Positions 47,683-56,890 of a stretch of 64,000 nt of DNA are shown in pieces. Position 1 is the stretch's first letter, and each line of letters opens with the position of its first letter. The DNA comes from Patescibacteria group bacterium (lineage in GTDB: Bacteria > Patescibacteriota > Microgenomatia > UBA8517): assembly GCA_035291665.1 (NCBI GenBank), contig DATDRP010000001.1:223127-287126 (forward strand), in the 5' to 3' direction. The notes beneath the pieces were generated by a model. That model saw only the letters and a program-made list of their open reading frames with translations. It was not told the DNA's origin and searched no databases. Position numbers and translations under genes: made by a program.

Positions 47683-49887
47683 TTGAGTTACTTAGTTCTA
47701 CGTATGCGGAGTTTTGTCTTGAAGTTAATCAAATCTCTCCTCCTTTTATTTTCATTTTCAATTTTTACAACTCCAACAATTATTAAAGCCCAGGATTTTA
47801 TTTGGCTGCCAACAAGTTTGGTTGGTGCACCAACGCCAAGAAGAGCTTACGGAACAGTTTGGACAGGTTCAGAAATGTTGGTATGGGGAGGATTTCCGGA
47901 AGGATGGGTTTGCTCGTTTAAAACAGGAGGCAGGTACAACCCAATTACAGACACTTGGAGACCGATTTCAACAATTAATGCGCCATCTCCCCGTAGGCAT
48001 TTTCAGGCTGTTTGGTCCGGGACGGAAATGTTGGTATGGACCGGAGCAAATGAATCTTTTTGTCCTGATGGAGCACAATTCCCCGCAGACGGAGGACGCT
48101 ACAATCCTGTCACTGACACTTGGACACCTATTTCAACGGTAAATGCCCCAAGTCCTAGGTGGACAACCGGAGCTGTTTGGACCGGAACGGAAATGATAGT
48201 TTGGGGAGGAAGGGGTTCAACATTGTCAGAACCTTTGTTGAATAGAGGAGCCCGTTATAATCCTATCACTGATACCTGGACTACAATGTCAAACGTTGGA
48301 GCCCCCTCTCCCAGGTCTACGGAATACCAAATGTTCTGGACTGGTAGTGAACTAATTGTATGGGGCGGCGGGCCAAGTTCCTCTCCAGAACCAGACGGAG
48401 CCATTTATAATCCTGCAACTGACTCTTGGAGACCAATGAATTCAGGTGATCCCAATGCGGGCTTTACAAATTATTCAGGCGCTTGGACAGGTTCGGAATT
48501 GGTAACATGGAGCGGATGGAACAAATACAATGTATTGGTACAAACGGGTCAAATTTATAACCCCGTAACAGATACATGGCGGCCAATGACCACTCTTAAT
48601 TCCCCAGCTGCCAGAGGGTTAATACCCACATGGACAGGAACTGAGTTATTTATTTGGGGCGGCGTTGTCGGGGCGAATTGGATGGATAATGGTGGTTTAT
48701 ATAATCCTACAACCGATACCTGGAGACCCACATCGGATCTAAATAACCTCTCTGCCCGCGGAGATACATTTCCGATATGGACCGGAAATGAAGTTATCGT
48801 TTGGGGTGGAGCTCTCACAACATATAATCCTTGGCATGAATATATTTACAATACAGGCGCAAGATTCAAGATCCACTATAACTCACCGCCAACTGTATCA
48901 TCGGGAGGTCCATATTCCGTTAACGAAGGAGACTCAGTTGATCTCACTGCAAATGGATCCGATCCGGATAACGATACATTATCTTACACTTGGGATCTCG
49001 ATAACAACGGCACCTTTGAAACCTCAGGACAAACTGTTTCATTCTCAGCTGTAAATTTGGATGGCCCCGGTATATCAAATGTCGCAGTCAAAGTTACCGA
49101 TGGTGGCGGTCTGACTGCTACAGATCAAACGAGTATCGATATTTTAAATGTTCAACCTACGGTTATCTCAATAAATGCACCACTAGACCCGGTCCTGATT
49201 AATACCGCTATTAACACTAGTGGAACGTTTACGGATCCATCATATTCTGATCTGCATACTGCCATATGGGATTGGGGAGATGGTTTTTCTTCTGAAGGAA
49301 ATGTTGATGAGTTGTATAATTCAGTTGCAGCTTCGCATACTTATCTAACTCCCGGAGTCTATGAAATCAAATTAACAGCAACCGACGACGATTCCGGATC
49401 GGGTAATTTAATTTATCAATATGTTGTAGTATACGATTCCAATGTAAACGGAGGTTTTGTAACTGGTGCAGGAACTATCATTTCCCCGCTCGGAGCTTAT
49501 ACTTCCGATTATTCAATGACCGGTATTGCGAGATTTGGATTTATATCAAAATACCAACCGGGCGCATCATCCCCGACCGGAACTACTCAGTTTCGATTCC
49601 AGACAGCGAAATTTGATTTTGCAAGTAAAGATTATCAATGGTTGGTTGTTGCAGGAGCTCAAGCAAAATTTAAGGGTACCGGAACAGTTAATGGTTCCGG
49701 CAATTATGGTTTTCAGATTTCAGCAACGGATGGTTTGATACAGGGTGGTGGCGATATCGATAAATTCAGAATAAAAATATGGGATCTGAACAACAATAAT
49801 TTTGTTGTATACGATAACCAATTAGGATCAAACGACAATACAAACCCTACAACTGAACTATTGGGTGGAAATATCGTAATTCACTAA
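47683..49887 (+). CDS. Secreted Kelch-type beta-propeller protein with PKD domains and the shared C-terminal module
   Basis: Signal peptide; the likely start is the internal Met at about 47704. Nine or more repeats of YNP.TDTW(R/T)P...AP.PR......WTG.E...WGG. PKD signature WDWGDG...HTY..GVYEIKLTATD. The C-terminal ~150 aa match 40308..42194. Confidence 0.7.
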   Translation: MSYLVLRMRSFVLKLIKSLLLLFSFSIFTTPTIIKAQDFIWLPTSLVGAPTPRRAYGTVWTGSEMLVWGGFPEGWVCSFKTGGRYNPITDTWRPISTINAPSPRRHFQAVWSGTEMLVWTGANESFCPDGAQFPADGGRYNPVTDTWTPISTVNAPSPRWTTGAVWTGTEMIVWGGRGSTLSEPLLNRGARYNPITDTWTTMSNVGAPSPRSTEYQMFWTGSELIVWGGGPSSSPEPDGAIYNPATDSWRPMNSGDPNAGFTNYSGAWTGSELVTWSGWNKYNVLVQTGQIYNPVTDTWRPMTTLNSPAARGLIPTWTGTELFIWGGVVGANWMDNGGLYNPTTDTWRPTSDLNNLSARGDTFPIWTGNEVIVWGGALTTYNPWHEYIYNTGARFKIHYNSPPTVSSGGPYSVNEGDSVDLTANGSDPDNDTLSYTWDLDNNGTFETSGQTVSFSAVNLDGPGISNVAVKVTDGGGLTATDQTSIDILNVQPTVISINAPLDPVLINTAINTSGTFTDPSYSDLHTAIWDWGDGFSSEGNVDELYNSVAASHTYLTPGVYEIKLTATDDDSGSGNLIYQYVVVYDSNVNGGFVTGAGTIISPLGAYTSDYSMTGIARFGFISKYQPGASSPTGTTQFRFQTAKFDFASKDYQWLVVAGAQAKFKGTGTVNGSGNYGFQISATDGLIQGGGDIDKFRIKIWDLNNNNFVVYDNQLGSNDNTNPTTELLGGNIVIH

Positions 49888-49914
49888 TAATTTAAAAAAT
49901 CAGCTTCCAAAATT

Positions 49915-50871
49915 TTAAACACTTATTATTCCGGAGAAGAAGCCGGCCATAACTGCGATATCCGAAGCAAATTGAAGTCCGATTCCGCAAAGCCCTGCTT
50001 TTGCGTCATGCGTTTCAAAATAAACCTTTCTGAACGCCCAGAAGCAGTAAAAAACAAATAAAAGAACAAATGGAAATTCCAAAACCTGCCAGATAATTGT
50101 TGCAAGAAGCAAATACAAACCAACTATATAACGAAGAAACACCAATGAGACTTTTATATTGTGGGTAGAAAGTTTTTTTACAGGATGCCACCAAATCCCC
50201 GACATGGCATCTCCTTTTGCATATAAATAGATTTTCTTGATGGCTTCAGAAAATGAAGTCGGAAGTTTCCAGTAAACTATTGCGTTTTTTACACGTACAA
50301 TTTTTGCCCCCGTTTTTATTATCTTGTAATTAAAAAGGGTATCCTCTGCCGTATCTTTTATGTCTTCCGGAAATCCGCCGACTTTCTGCCAAAGAGTTTT
50401 TCTGAAAGCTAAAGATCGGGCTGAAGCAACGAAAGAAGAACTGAATTTTGAAGGCGGAATTCCCAAGAATACAGATAGGGCTTTCCGGAAAGAGCTTTTT
50501 CCGCCTATCATTTCGTAAAATCCAGCCACCAAATCCACGCTTGCATCATCGAATGGTTTGGTGATCCTTTTATACCAGTTTTTATCGGCTATGCAGCCAG
50601 CATCGGTCGTAACGATGACATCTCCACCCGATGCGCGAATACCAATATTTCTTGCCTGCGAGCGGGAAGTGTTGAACTCAAAGAGTTTTATGTTTTTGCT
50701 GATCGATTGATACCTTTTTATAATATCAACCGTTTTGTCATCCGATCCCCCATCAACAAATATCATCTCGTAAGGTTTTTCCGTTTGCGTCAGAAGTGAT
50801 TCCAATAGAGCTGCTACAGAAGGTTCTTCGTTTAATACCGTGATCACCAATGAAGCTCTCATTAATGGCAA
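49915..50871 (-). CDS. Glycosyltransferase family 2, membrane-anchored at the C-terminus
   Basis: SLVITVLNEE...FVDGGSDDKT...TDAGC. 318 aa. Confidence 0.8.
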   Translation of the reverse strand: MPLMRASLVITVLNEEPSVAALLESLLTQTEKPYEMIFVDGGSDDKTVDIIKRYQSISKNIKLFEFNTSRSQARNIGIRASGGDVIVTTDAGCIADKNWYKRITKPFDDASVDLVAGFYEMIGGKSSFRKALSVFLGIPPSKFSSSFVASARSLAFRKTLWQKVGGFPEDIKDTAEDTLFNYKIIKTGAKIVRVKNAIVYWKLPTSFSEAIKKIYLYAKGDAMSGIWWHPVKKLSTHNIKVSLVFLRYIVGLYLLLATIIWQVLEFPFVLLFVFYCFWAFRKVYFETHDAKAGLCGIGLQFASDIAVMAGFFSGIISV

Positions 50872-50913
50872 TTATAAGGCTAATTTAAGCTTTTGCAAAG
50901 GCTGTTCCCAAAT

Positions 50914-53568
50914 TTATTTACTAATCTCTTCCGAATAGGATTTTATAAGTTCAATCAGTCTTGCGTCGCCAAGATCAATTGGTGATATACCAAAATTGTC
51001 ATCCGACGAAAGCGACCAGTTCCACAGCAAGATCCCATCGACTTCTTTTGCTTTTGCCTGTTTCAAAAGTGATTCATACAGTGTGTATCGATCAATTCCC
51101 CCATTATCTTCAGGCTTTTTGGAAAAACCGACTTCTTCGATAAGAAGCGGTATTGATGCTGAATCAGAAAAATTATCCCACCTGGCGACCACCTCATGAT
51201 CAATCAAGGAACGCTCGGATTTTACATTATCAAGATAATAATGCGCTGTCATTACTGAAATTTCTGCTAAATTATCCAGATCATCAATCATCGGACCCGT
51301 TGCATATGGCATAAGTTCATTATCCGTCAGAAAGCCTTCTGACCCGGTAAGAATCAAATGCGACGGGTCGATCGATCTCACAAATTTCGACATCTCATCA
51401 ATCCAGCCGACAACTTTATCGGAAGCGGCTACGCTCGAGCTTCTGGGTTCGTTCATAAGCTCCCATGCAAAGACTACCGGGTCGTCCTTGTAGGCAACGG
51501 CGCTTAACGAATTCGATCTTGTGAGTATCTTAAAAACAAAATTTTTATAGATATTTTTTGATTTTTGAGAATCAAAAAACTTATCTTTATCAATAGCTTC
51601 AACTGATTTGATGCCATCCCATTCCAAATATTTATCAACTCCCCCATAAGCCTCCCAATAATTGGCAAAAACGGGAATAACTTTCATATCCAAACGGTCG
51701 GCAACTGCGAAAATATAGTCAATTGCAGCAAGCCTGTCCTCATTATAAACACCCGGTTCCGGTTGGATAGCGCCTTCAAAACCCTCTCCGAAGATCCAAA
51801 AACGAACAACTTTTATACCGTTGTCCTTCGCAGAGGATAAAGTTGCAGATATATCAGCCGGGGATTTGTATATAAGGTCATATGAATTTACGCCTATGAA
51901 TTTAAATTTTTTATCGTTCAGCCAAAGTTCGCCATTCTTCGCATAGATTGTGTCCCTGGGGTGTTCTTTTCTTTTGTAAATTATTAGGTCGTCAAATTCT
52001 TTGACCTCATCAAAAGTTCGCAAAAACTTTGAGTTGCCGTCTTTGACCAACTTAATATACATCGGATTGTACTCGTTGCCTTTTGGCAGTATGAGCCACG
52101 TTGCATAAATACTCGGATCGATAATTGACGTTTCCCAGTACCTGCCTGTTCCTTCATGGATATATCTTTTCAGGGGGAAACCCATATCAAAGGCTAAGGA
52201 ACTGTTAACCATTGATAACATAATCAGCTCATCATTATTATTCATATTCACTTTTGCCCAATCGGACACAACCCGGGTATTCGAAGCGCTCGAACCGATT
52301 AATCCGTCTTTCAGAGTAATTACGTAATTTTCTTTAATTAACATAATCGGCTGAATGATGATAAGAAGTACCGTGAAATATTTCATAAATTTGCTTTTCG
52401 AAATAAGATATGATATATAAACCGAAATTGCCGGTAACATCATCAAACCGTAGCGGACGTTGAAAATACCCGCGGTAGTCCCCAAGTACGGATCCAGAAC
52501 TAATTCTGGAACATTTATCGTTGAATAACCCTGGTACAAAGAAACAATATTAAAAATCATCGGTGTCATTAAAACTAAAAGCGATAAATTATTTACAAAA
52601 TCTTTCTTTCGTAAATAAATATAAAACCCAAATATCGTAAATAACGTGAAGAAAAAACCGAAATTGTCAACCAATGACCATCCATAAGTTAAAACAGCCA
52701 TAACCAAATCTTTTTTGGCATATAAACCGCCTGCTTTCTCAATTAATTCCTGTTGAGCATGCGCAGAGTATTGACCCAACGCAAAATAAAAAGGGTCTTT
52801 AAAAATAAAAGCATTCCAGACTATCCAAAGGGCAATCCCCAATCCGGAAAGAGTCATAAATAGGGAAAGTTTTCCAATCGTATTAGAAACAAAATTTTTT
52901 AATTCAATAGTTTTAACATTCCCCAAGCGTCTTGACAGGTAGGTTTTGACTTCAATCAGAAATAATATTAATCCCGTAAAAGCAAATTGGAACCAGCCGT
53001 CATATCTTGTTAAAATCGCGAAAAATAAATATAAAGACATTAACAAGATATCGTTTAAATGTTTTTCTTTTTCCCACTTGAGTAAGTGATATGCCGATGC
53101 CAAGGAAAAAAACATTAGGGGAACCTCTGTCATCGGTGTTGTCTGCATATATAGTACATTTAAGTTTGTGGCAAATATCAGAAATCCTAAGAAAGCAATA
53201 ATTTTATTTTTGAAAATATAATTAATCAAACCATAAACATATAAAGAAGCTAAGATATATGCGATCATTGAAAAGACGGCACCGGCTAGCCCTGTTTGCC
53301 AAAGCCAATCATTCCATACCAGCGTCATAGTTAAAACATGCGTCAGAGGAAGCCAAACCGAACCGAGTTGCGCCAAACCGGGTTTTAAATTATCTGTAAC
53401 CAAGCGGGCAATATTCATATGCGCTCTTGCATCGCTATAGGCAAGGATTATGTTGTACTTGAATGAAATAAAAAGAGAAATCAAGCTCAACACGATTGAG
53501 ATAGAAAAAATCAGCTTCCAAGTGGGTTTAAATTTAAATATTTTGAAATCGATTGTTTTACTTTTCAT
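50914..53568 (-). CDS. Fusion: N-terminal polytopic GT-C/ArnT-PMT-like membrane domain plus C-terminal GH5 glycoside hydrolase
   Basis: N-terminal ~480 aa has 10+ transmembrane helices, with the first loop AYSDARAHMNIAR resembling the ArnT/PMT DE-loop. C-terminal GH5: VRFWIFGEG, acid/base ELMNEPR, nucleophile region LLIEEVGFS. 884 aa. Confidence 0.65.
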   Translation of the reverse strand: MKSKTIDFKIFKFKPTWKLIFSISIVLSLISLFISFKYNIILAYSDARAHMNIARLVTDNLKPGLAQLGSVWLPLTHVLTMTLVWNDWLWQTGLAGAVFSMIAYILASLYVYGLINYIFKNKIIAFLGFLIFATNLNVLYMQTTPMTEVPLMFFSLASAYHLLKWEKEKHLNDILLMSLYLFFAILTRYDGWFQFAFTGLILFLIEVKTYLSRRLGNVKTIELKNFVSNTIGKLSLFMTLSGLGIALWIVWNAFIFKDPFYFALGQYSAHAQQELIEKAGGLYAKKDLVMAVLTYGWSLVDNFGFFFTLFTIFGFYIYLRKKDFVNNLSLLVLMTPMIFNIVSLYQGYSTINVPELVLDPYLGTTAGIFNVRYGLMMLPAISVYISYLISKSKFMKYFTVLLIIIQPIMLIKENYVITLKDGLIGSSASNTRVVSDWAKVNMNNNDELIMLSMVNSSLAFDMGFPLKRYIHEGTGRYWETSIIDPSIYATWLILPKGNEYNPMYIKLVKDGNSKFLRTFDEVKEFDDLIIYKRKEHPRDTIYAKNGELWLNDKKFKFIGVNSYDLIYKSPADISATLSSAKDNGIKVVRFWIFGEGFEGAIQPEPGVYNEDRLAAIDYIFAVADRLDMKVIPVFANYWEAYGGVDKYLEWDGIKSVEAIDKDKFFDSQKSKNIYKNFVFKILTRSNSLSAVAYKDDPVVFAWELMNEPRSSSVAASDKVVGWIDEMSKFVRSIDPSHLILTGSEGFLTDNELMPYATGPMIDDLDNLAEISVMTAHYYLDNVKSERSLIDHEVVARWDNFSDSASIPLLIEEVGFSKKPEDNGGIDRYTLYESLLKQAKAKEVDGILLWNWSLSSDDNFGISPIDLGDARLIELIKSYSEEISK

Positions 53569-55111
53569 AATTATTTTTTAAGTCTTTTGTTAATATTATT
53601 AACGTCGGTAGTGACAATACTAAAACAATTAAAGCAACGAGTGCTATATAAAAGGTTCTTGCATCAGTATATGATTTCAAATAATTCTGAAATACAAACG
53701 ATTTTGATTTTCCTTCAAAGATTAATAGAATGTTCCTATCAAAAGAATACAACTCAGTTCTACCCGTCACCAATTGAAGACCGATTGCTTCATATTTAGG
53801 AGGATTTTTACTTGATGATATGGCTCCGGCAGTATTAACTGCTACCGAATAAATAAGAGCTAAATAAAATACTGCAAACAAGAATTTGTTTTTATTTTCA
53901 GATAAAAATGTTGAAAGAAGAATTGACAGCATCGCATAGGAAGGTACCAAGTAGCGGGACCCGAAAGACCATCCGCCTATTCCGAAAGATGAATATAGTG
54001 AAATATTGGTGATTGTAACTGACAATAACAAATAAGTAAAAGCTTTATTTTTCTTTCTCAAATTATTGATGCCTAAAAGTCCGAAAATAAGTACCGGAGT
54101 GAAAAAAAGTAATCCCCTGTCAACACTTAAAAGGTGCTCATATGCCCCCTGCGGTATATAGCTTAAATTAAATAATCCGCTGATTGATTTTCCGTCTGAA
54201 CTTTCCGATTCTTCTTCGCTTAACTCCTCAAACTTTTTTAATTGCGTGACTGATCCTGATAATTTGAACGGATTGCCATAGGAGTATTTATTAAATAACA
54301 GTAACGCCGATAAAGGTATAAGGATCGCAATTATTGGCAGTATCTGTTTTAAAGATAGAGTAAATCTAATTCTGTCTTCAGTTGCGGCGACATTGAATAA
54401 CCGGACTACTCCCAAAATTCCAACCGGCAATAACATAAAGAAATTGGGGAAATCAATAATAATTGATAACGAGCAAATGAAAAAAACAAAGATTATTCCT
54501 AAGAATCTTTTTGAAGTTAACAGAATATAACATGCCAAAAGCAATAAAAATGTTGACACATGATGCTGGAATAACGACACCGCATATGTAAAGGCTGGTG
54601 TTGCAAAAATAAAAATACCTGAACTAATCAATGAAACCGCCTTATTTGATGTCAACCTGAGGCAGATTTTATAAATTACAATTGTATTAAGAAATGCAAA
54701 TAAAGTAATAACCAAATAACCCCCAAGTTGTGTTGCATTAAATAACTTACCCAAATAAAATCCGGGAATTAATAAATATGAGATACCGGGAACAAACAAT
54801 GATACAAATTTTCCATTCACATAACCTAAATCCGGTAAAGAAAATTTCGCCAGCTCGTTATCCAGGAAAATTGATTTATTCTCTAAAATCGAATACGTCA
54901 GGGCAAAACGCGCCCGTTCAGGCGAAAGTTCAAAAGGACCGCTATCGGACCATTCTTTCAAATTTAATTCAGTTTCATTCGGGACTCCCGGTAGTCCGCG
55001 AACACTAAGCAAAAGAATTAATAAAATAAAAAAGAAAAAAACAGCAGTTATCAATCGTTCAATTAGTTTCATATTTTCATTTAGTTGTTGCGACAATTTC
55101 CCATATTCCAC
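53558..55111 (-). CDS. GT-C-like polytopic membrane glycosyltransferase (GT39/ArnT-like)
   Basis: 517 aa with about 12 transmembrane helices and the typical large first periplasmic loop. Confidence 0.5.
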   Translation of the reverse strand: MEYGKLSQQLNENMKLIERLITAVFFFFILLILLLSVRGLPGVPNETELNLKEWSDSGPFELSPERARFALTYSILENKSIFLDNELAKFSLPDLGYVNGKFVSLFVPGISYLLIPGFYLGKLFNATQLGGYLVITLFAFLNTIVIYKICLRLTSNKAVSLISSGIFIFATPAFTYAVSLFQHHVSTFLLLLACYILLTSKRFLGIIFVFFICSLSIIIDFPNFFMLLPVGILGVVRLFNVAATEDRIRFTLSLKQILPIIAILIPLSALLLFNKYSYGNPFKLSGSVTQLKKFEELSEEESESSDGKSISGLFNLSYIPQGAYEHLLSVDRGLLFFTPVLIFGLLGINNLRKKNKAFTYLLLSVTITNISLYSSFGIGGWSFGSRYLVPSYAMLSILLSTFLSENKNKFLFAVFYLALIYSVAVNTAGAISSSKNPPKYEAIGLQLVTGRTELYSFDRNILLIFEGKSKSFVFQNYLKSYTDARTFYIALVALIVLVLSLPTLIILTKDLKNNYEK

Positions 55112-55973
55112 GATTAATTTTTGATCGTTTTTTTGTCAGATCGGAATATTTATTAACAAGAAAAATATATACCGCCAATAGAGGGTGTTTTAAAAATTCT
55201 TCAATTCCATACCGCAGATACATCGATTTCGGTATTGAAAGTTCCCGGTCAACCAGATTTTTAGGGAAGATATCATATAGCTGTTCTTTGCTTAACTTGA
55301 ATCTGCGTGCCTGCTTGATATGGTCCTTTAATGAAGATGGCAGATTGTAATAAACAACCGCCTCCGGCACAAATCGATATACAAAACTTTCTTGAATGCA
55401 TTTCAGGTAAATATATCTGTCGTTACATACTACATTTCCGGGAATCGATGCTATGTTTTTGATGAATTCCCGTCTGAATGCAAGCATTGGTCCGGTTGCA
55501 GAAAAGATGTTGTTTCCACCCCGGAGAGTTCTTTTTATTTTTCGATAGATATTTACCGATAACAGATTCGCTCTCGCAATAAGCGATGTGCTTTCTACTG
55601 GAACAATATCACCCCCGCACATTGAAATACGTTCATCTGAACGCATTACCCTTACAACGCTTTCGATTGTGTGTTCAGAAAACACTACATCAGCATCCGT
55701 TTGTATCAAAATATCACTATCAAACTTTTTATATAACTCCCGCAGCCTCGTCATCTGACCAAGGTTGTCTTTGTTGTCAACAATTTCTATCTTCGGATTT
55801 TTAAGATTTTGGACAATTTCAACAGTTTTGTCGGTGGACCCATCAGAAATAATTAATACCTTATTGAGCTTGAAGTTTCGGCCTTTCTGCCTCACAACAG
55901 AGTTGATAAACTTGAGAATATTTCTTTGCTCATTAAAGGCGCTCAAACCCACTGTTACGGATAGCGTTTTCAT
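55077..55973 (-). CDS. Glycosyltransferase family 2
   Basis: LSVTVGLSAFNEQ...IISDGSTDKT...QTDADV. 298 aa. Confidence 0.8.
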   Translation of the reverse strand: MKTLSVTVGLSAFNEQRNILKFINSVVRQKGRNFKLNKVLIISDGSTDKTVEIVQNLKNPKIEIVDNKDNLGQMTRLRELYKKFDSDILIQTDADVVFSEHTIESVVRVMRSDERISMCGGDIVPVESTSLIARANLLSVNIYRKIKRTLRGGNNIFSATGPMLAFRREFIKNIASIPGNVVCNDRYIYLKCIQESFVYRFVPEAVVYYNLPSSLKDHIKQARRFKLSKEQLYDIFPKNLVDRELSIPKSMYLRYGIEEFLKHPLLAVYIFLVNKYSDLTKKRSKINRGIWEIVATTK

Positions 55974-55975
55974 AT

Positions 55976-56890
55976 TCAGATTTTCTTGGAACTTAAAGAA
56001 AAATCCCAGATTGAATATCTCCTATTGGAGTATTTTTTGTTAAAAAAATTATATATATAAATTAATATATAACCTAAAAATAAAGGATGTGTAATAATAT
56101 TTTTCAGGAATGCATAAACCCATATTAATACCGGTACCTTATATTCTTTTTCAATGAGATTTTTATTGTATATTTTTAGAAGTTTTTTCTTTCCCTCATA
56201 ATATCTATCACTTTGTTTTTTATAATCCTGGAAAACGGATGGAGATCTGAATATTATTTTCGGTTTTTTAATAAACTTAAAAAGAAAGCCCTTTTTCAAA
56301 CATTTCAAATATGAATATGCATCTTCAGGGTATTTATCATCCCAAACAAAATTTTTATAAAATCTTCTAAAAAATAGTCTTCCCCTACCGTGACACATAT
56401 AAATATTGTTGCCTTGTTTCCAGGTTTTATATGCAAATTTCTTAAATTCCCGTCCATCGACTATTACCCTTTCAAAAAATGATTTCGGGGTGGCGCTGAC
56501 TGTTTCAACACTGACTATCCCGACATTATCTTTATCGAATAATTTAATCTCACTTATTAAATTTTCTAAAAAATATTTATCAGGAAGTAATACATCCGCG
56601 TTCAATAAGAGTAAAAGATCGGAATTCGATTTCTTTATTATTTCGTTTTGAACGTTTGGCTGACCACTCCTTTTATTCATAATCATGTATTCAAACTTAG
56701 TGTGTTTAATGGTTTTTAATATGGTGTTGGTATTGTCAGTCGAAGAATCTGAAACAACTAAAATTTTTTGGAGTTCAAAGTTATACTCCTTTTGTAAAAA
56801 CAGGCTTTTTATAATCTTTTCAATATTACCCTCCTCATTATAAGCGGGAATTCCTATTGTTAATGTTGGTTTGTTATTTCTATTTACCAT
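55976..56890 (-). CDS. Glycosyltransferase family 2
   Basis: LTIGIPAYNEEGNI...VVSDSSTDNT...LNADVLL. 304 aa. Confidence 0.75.
   Translation of the reverse strand: MVNRNNKPTLTIGIPAYNEEGNIEKIIKSLFLQKEYNFELQKILVVSDSSTDNTNTILKTIKHTKFEYMIMNKRSGQPNVQNEIIKKSNSDLLLLLNADVLLPDKYFLENLISEIKLFDKDNVGIVSVETVSATPKSFFERVIVDGREFKKFAYKTWKQGNNIYMCHGRGRLFFRRFYKNFVWDDKYPEDAYSYLKCLKKGFLFKFIKKPKIIFRSPSVFQDYKKQSDRYYEGKKKLLKIYNKNLIEKEYKVPVLIWVYAFLKNIITHPLFLGYILIYIYNFFNKKYSNRRYSIWDFSLSSKKI

Noticed and set aside
47683-48900. DNA-level periodicity that might suggest a CRISPR-like array
   Set aside because: The periodicity comes from about 9 in-frame Kelch-type protein repeats (YNPxTDTWRP...). The units are about 150 bp, degenerate at DNA level and inside one long ORF. 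No short exact repeats with unique spacers are present.
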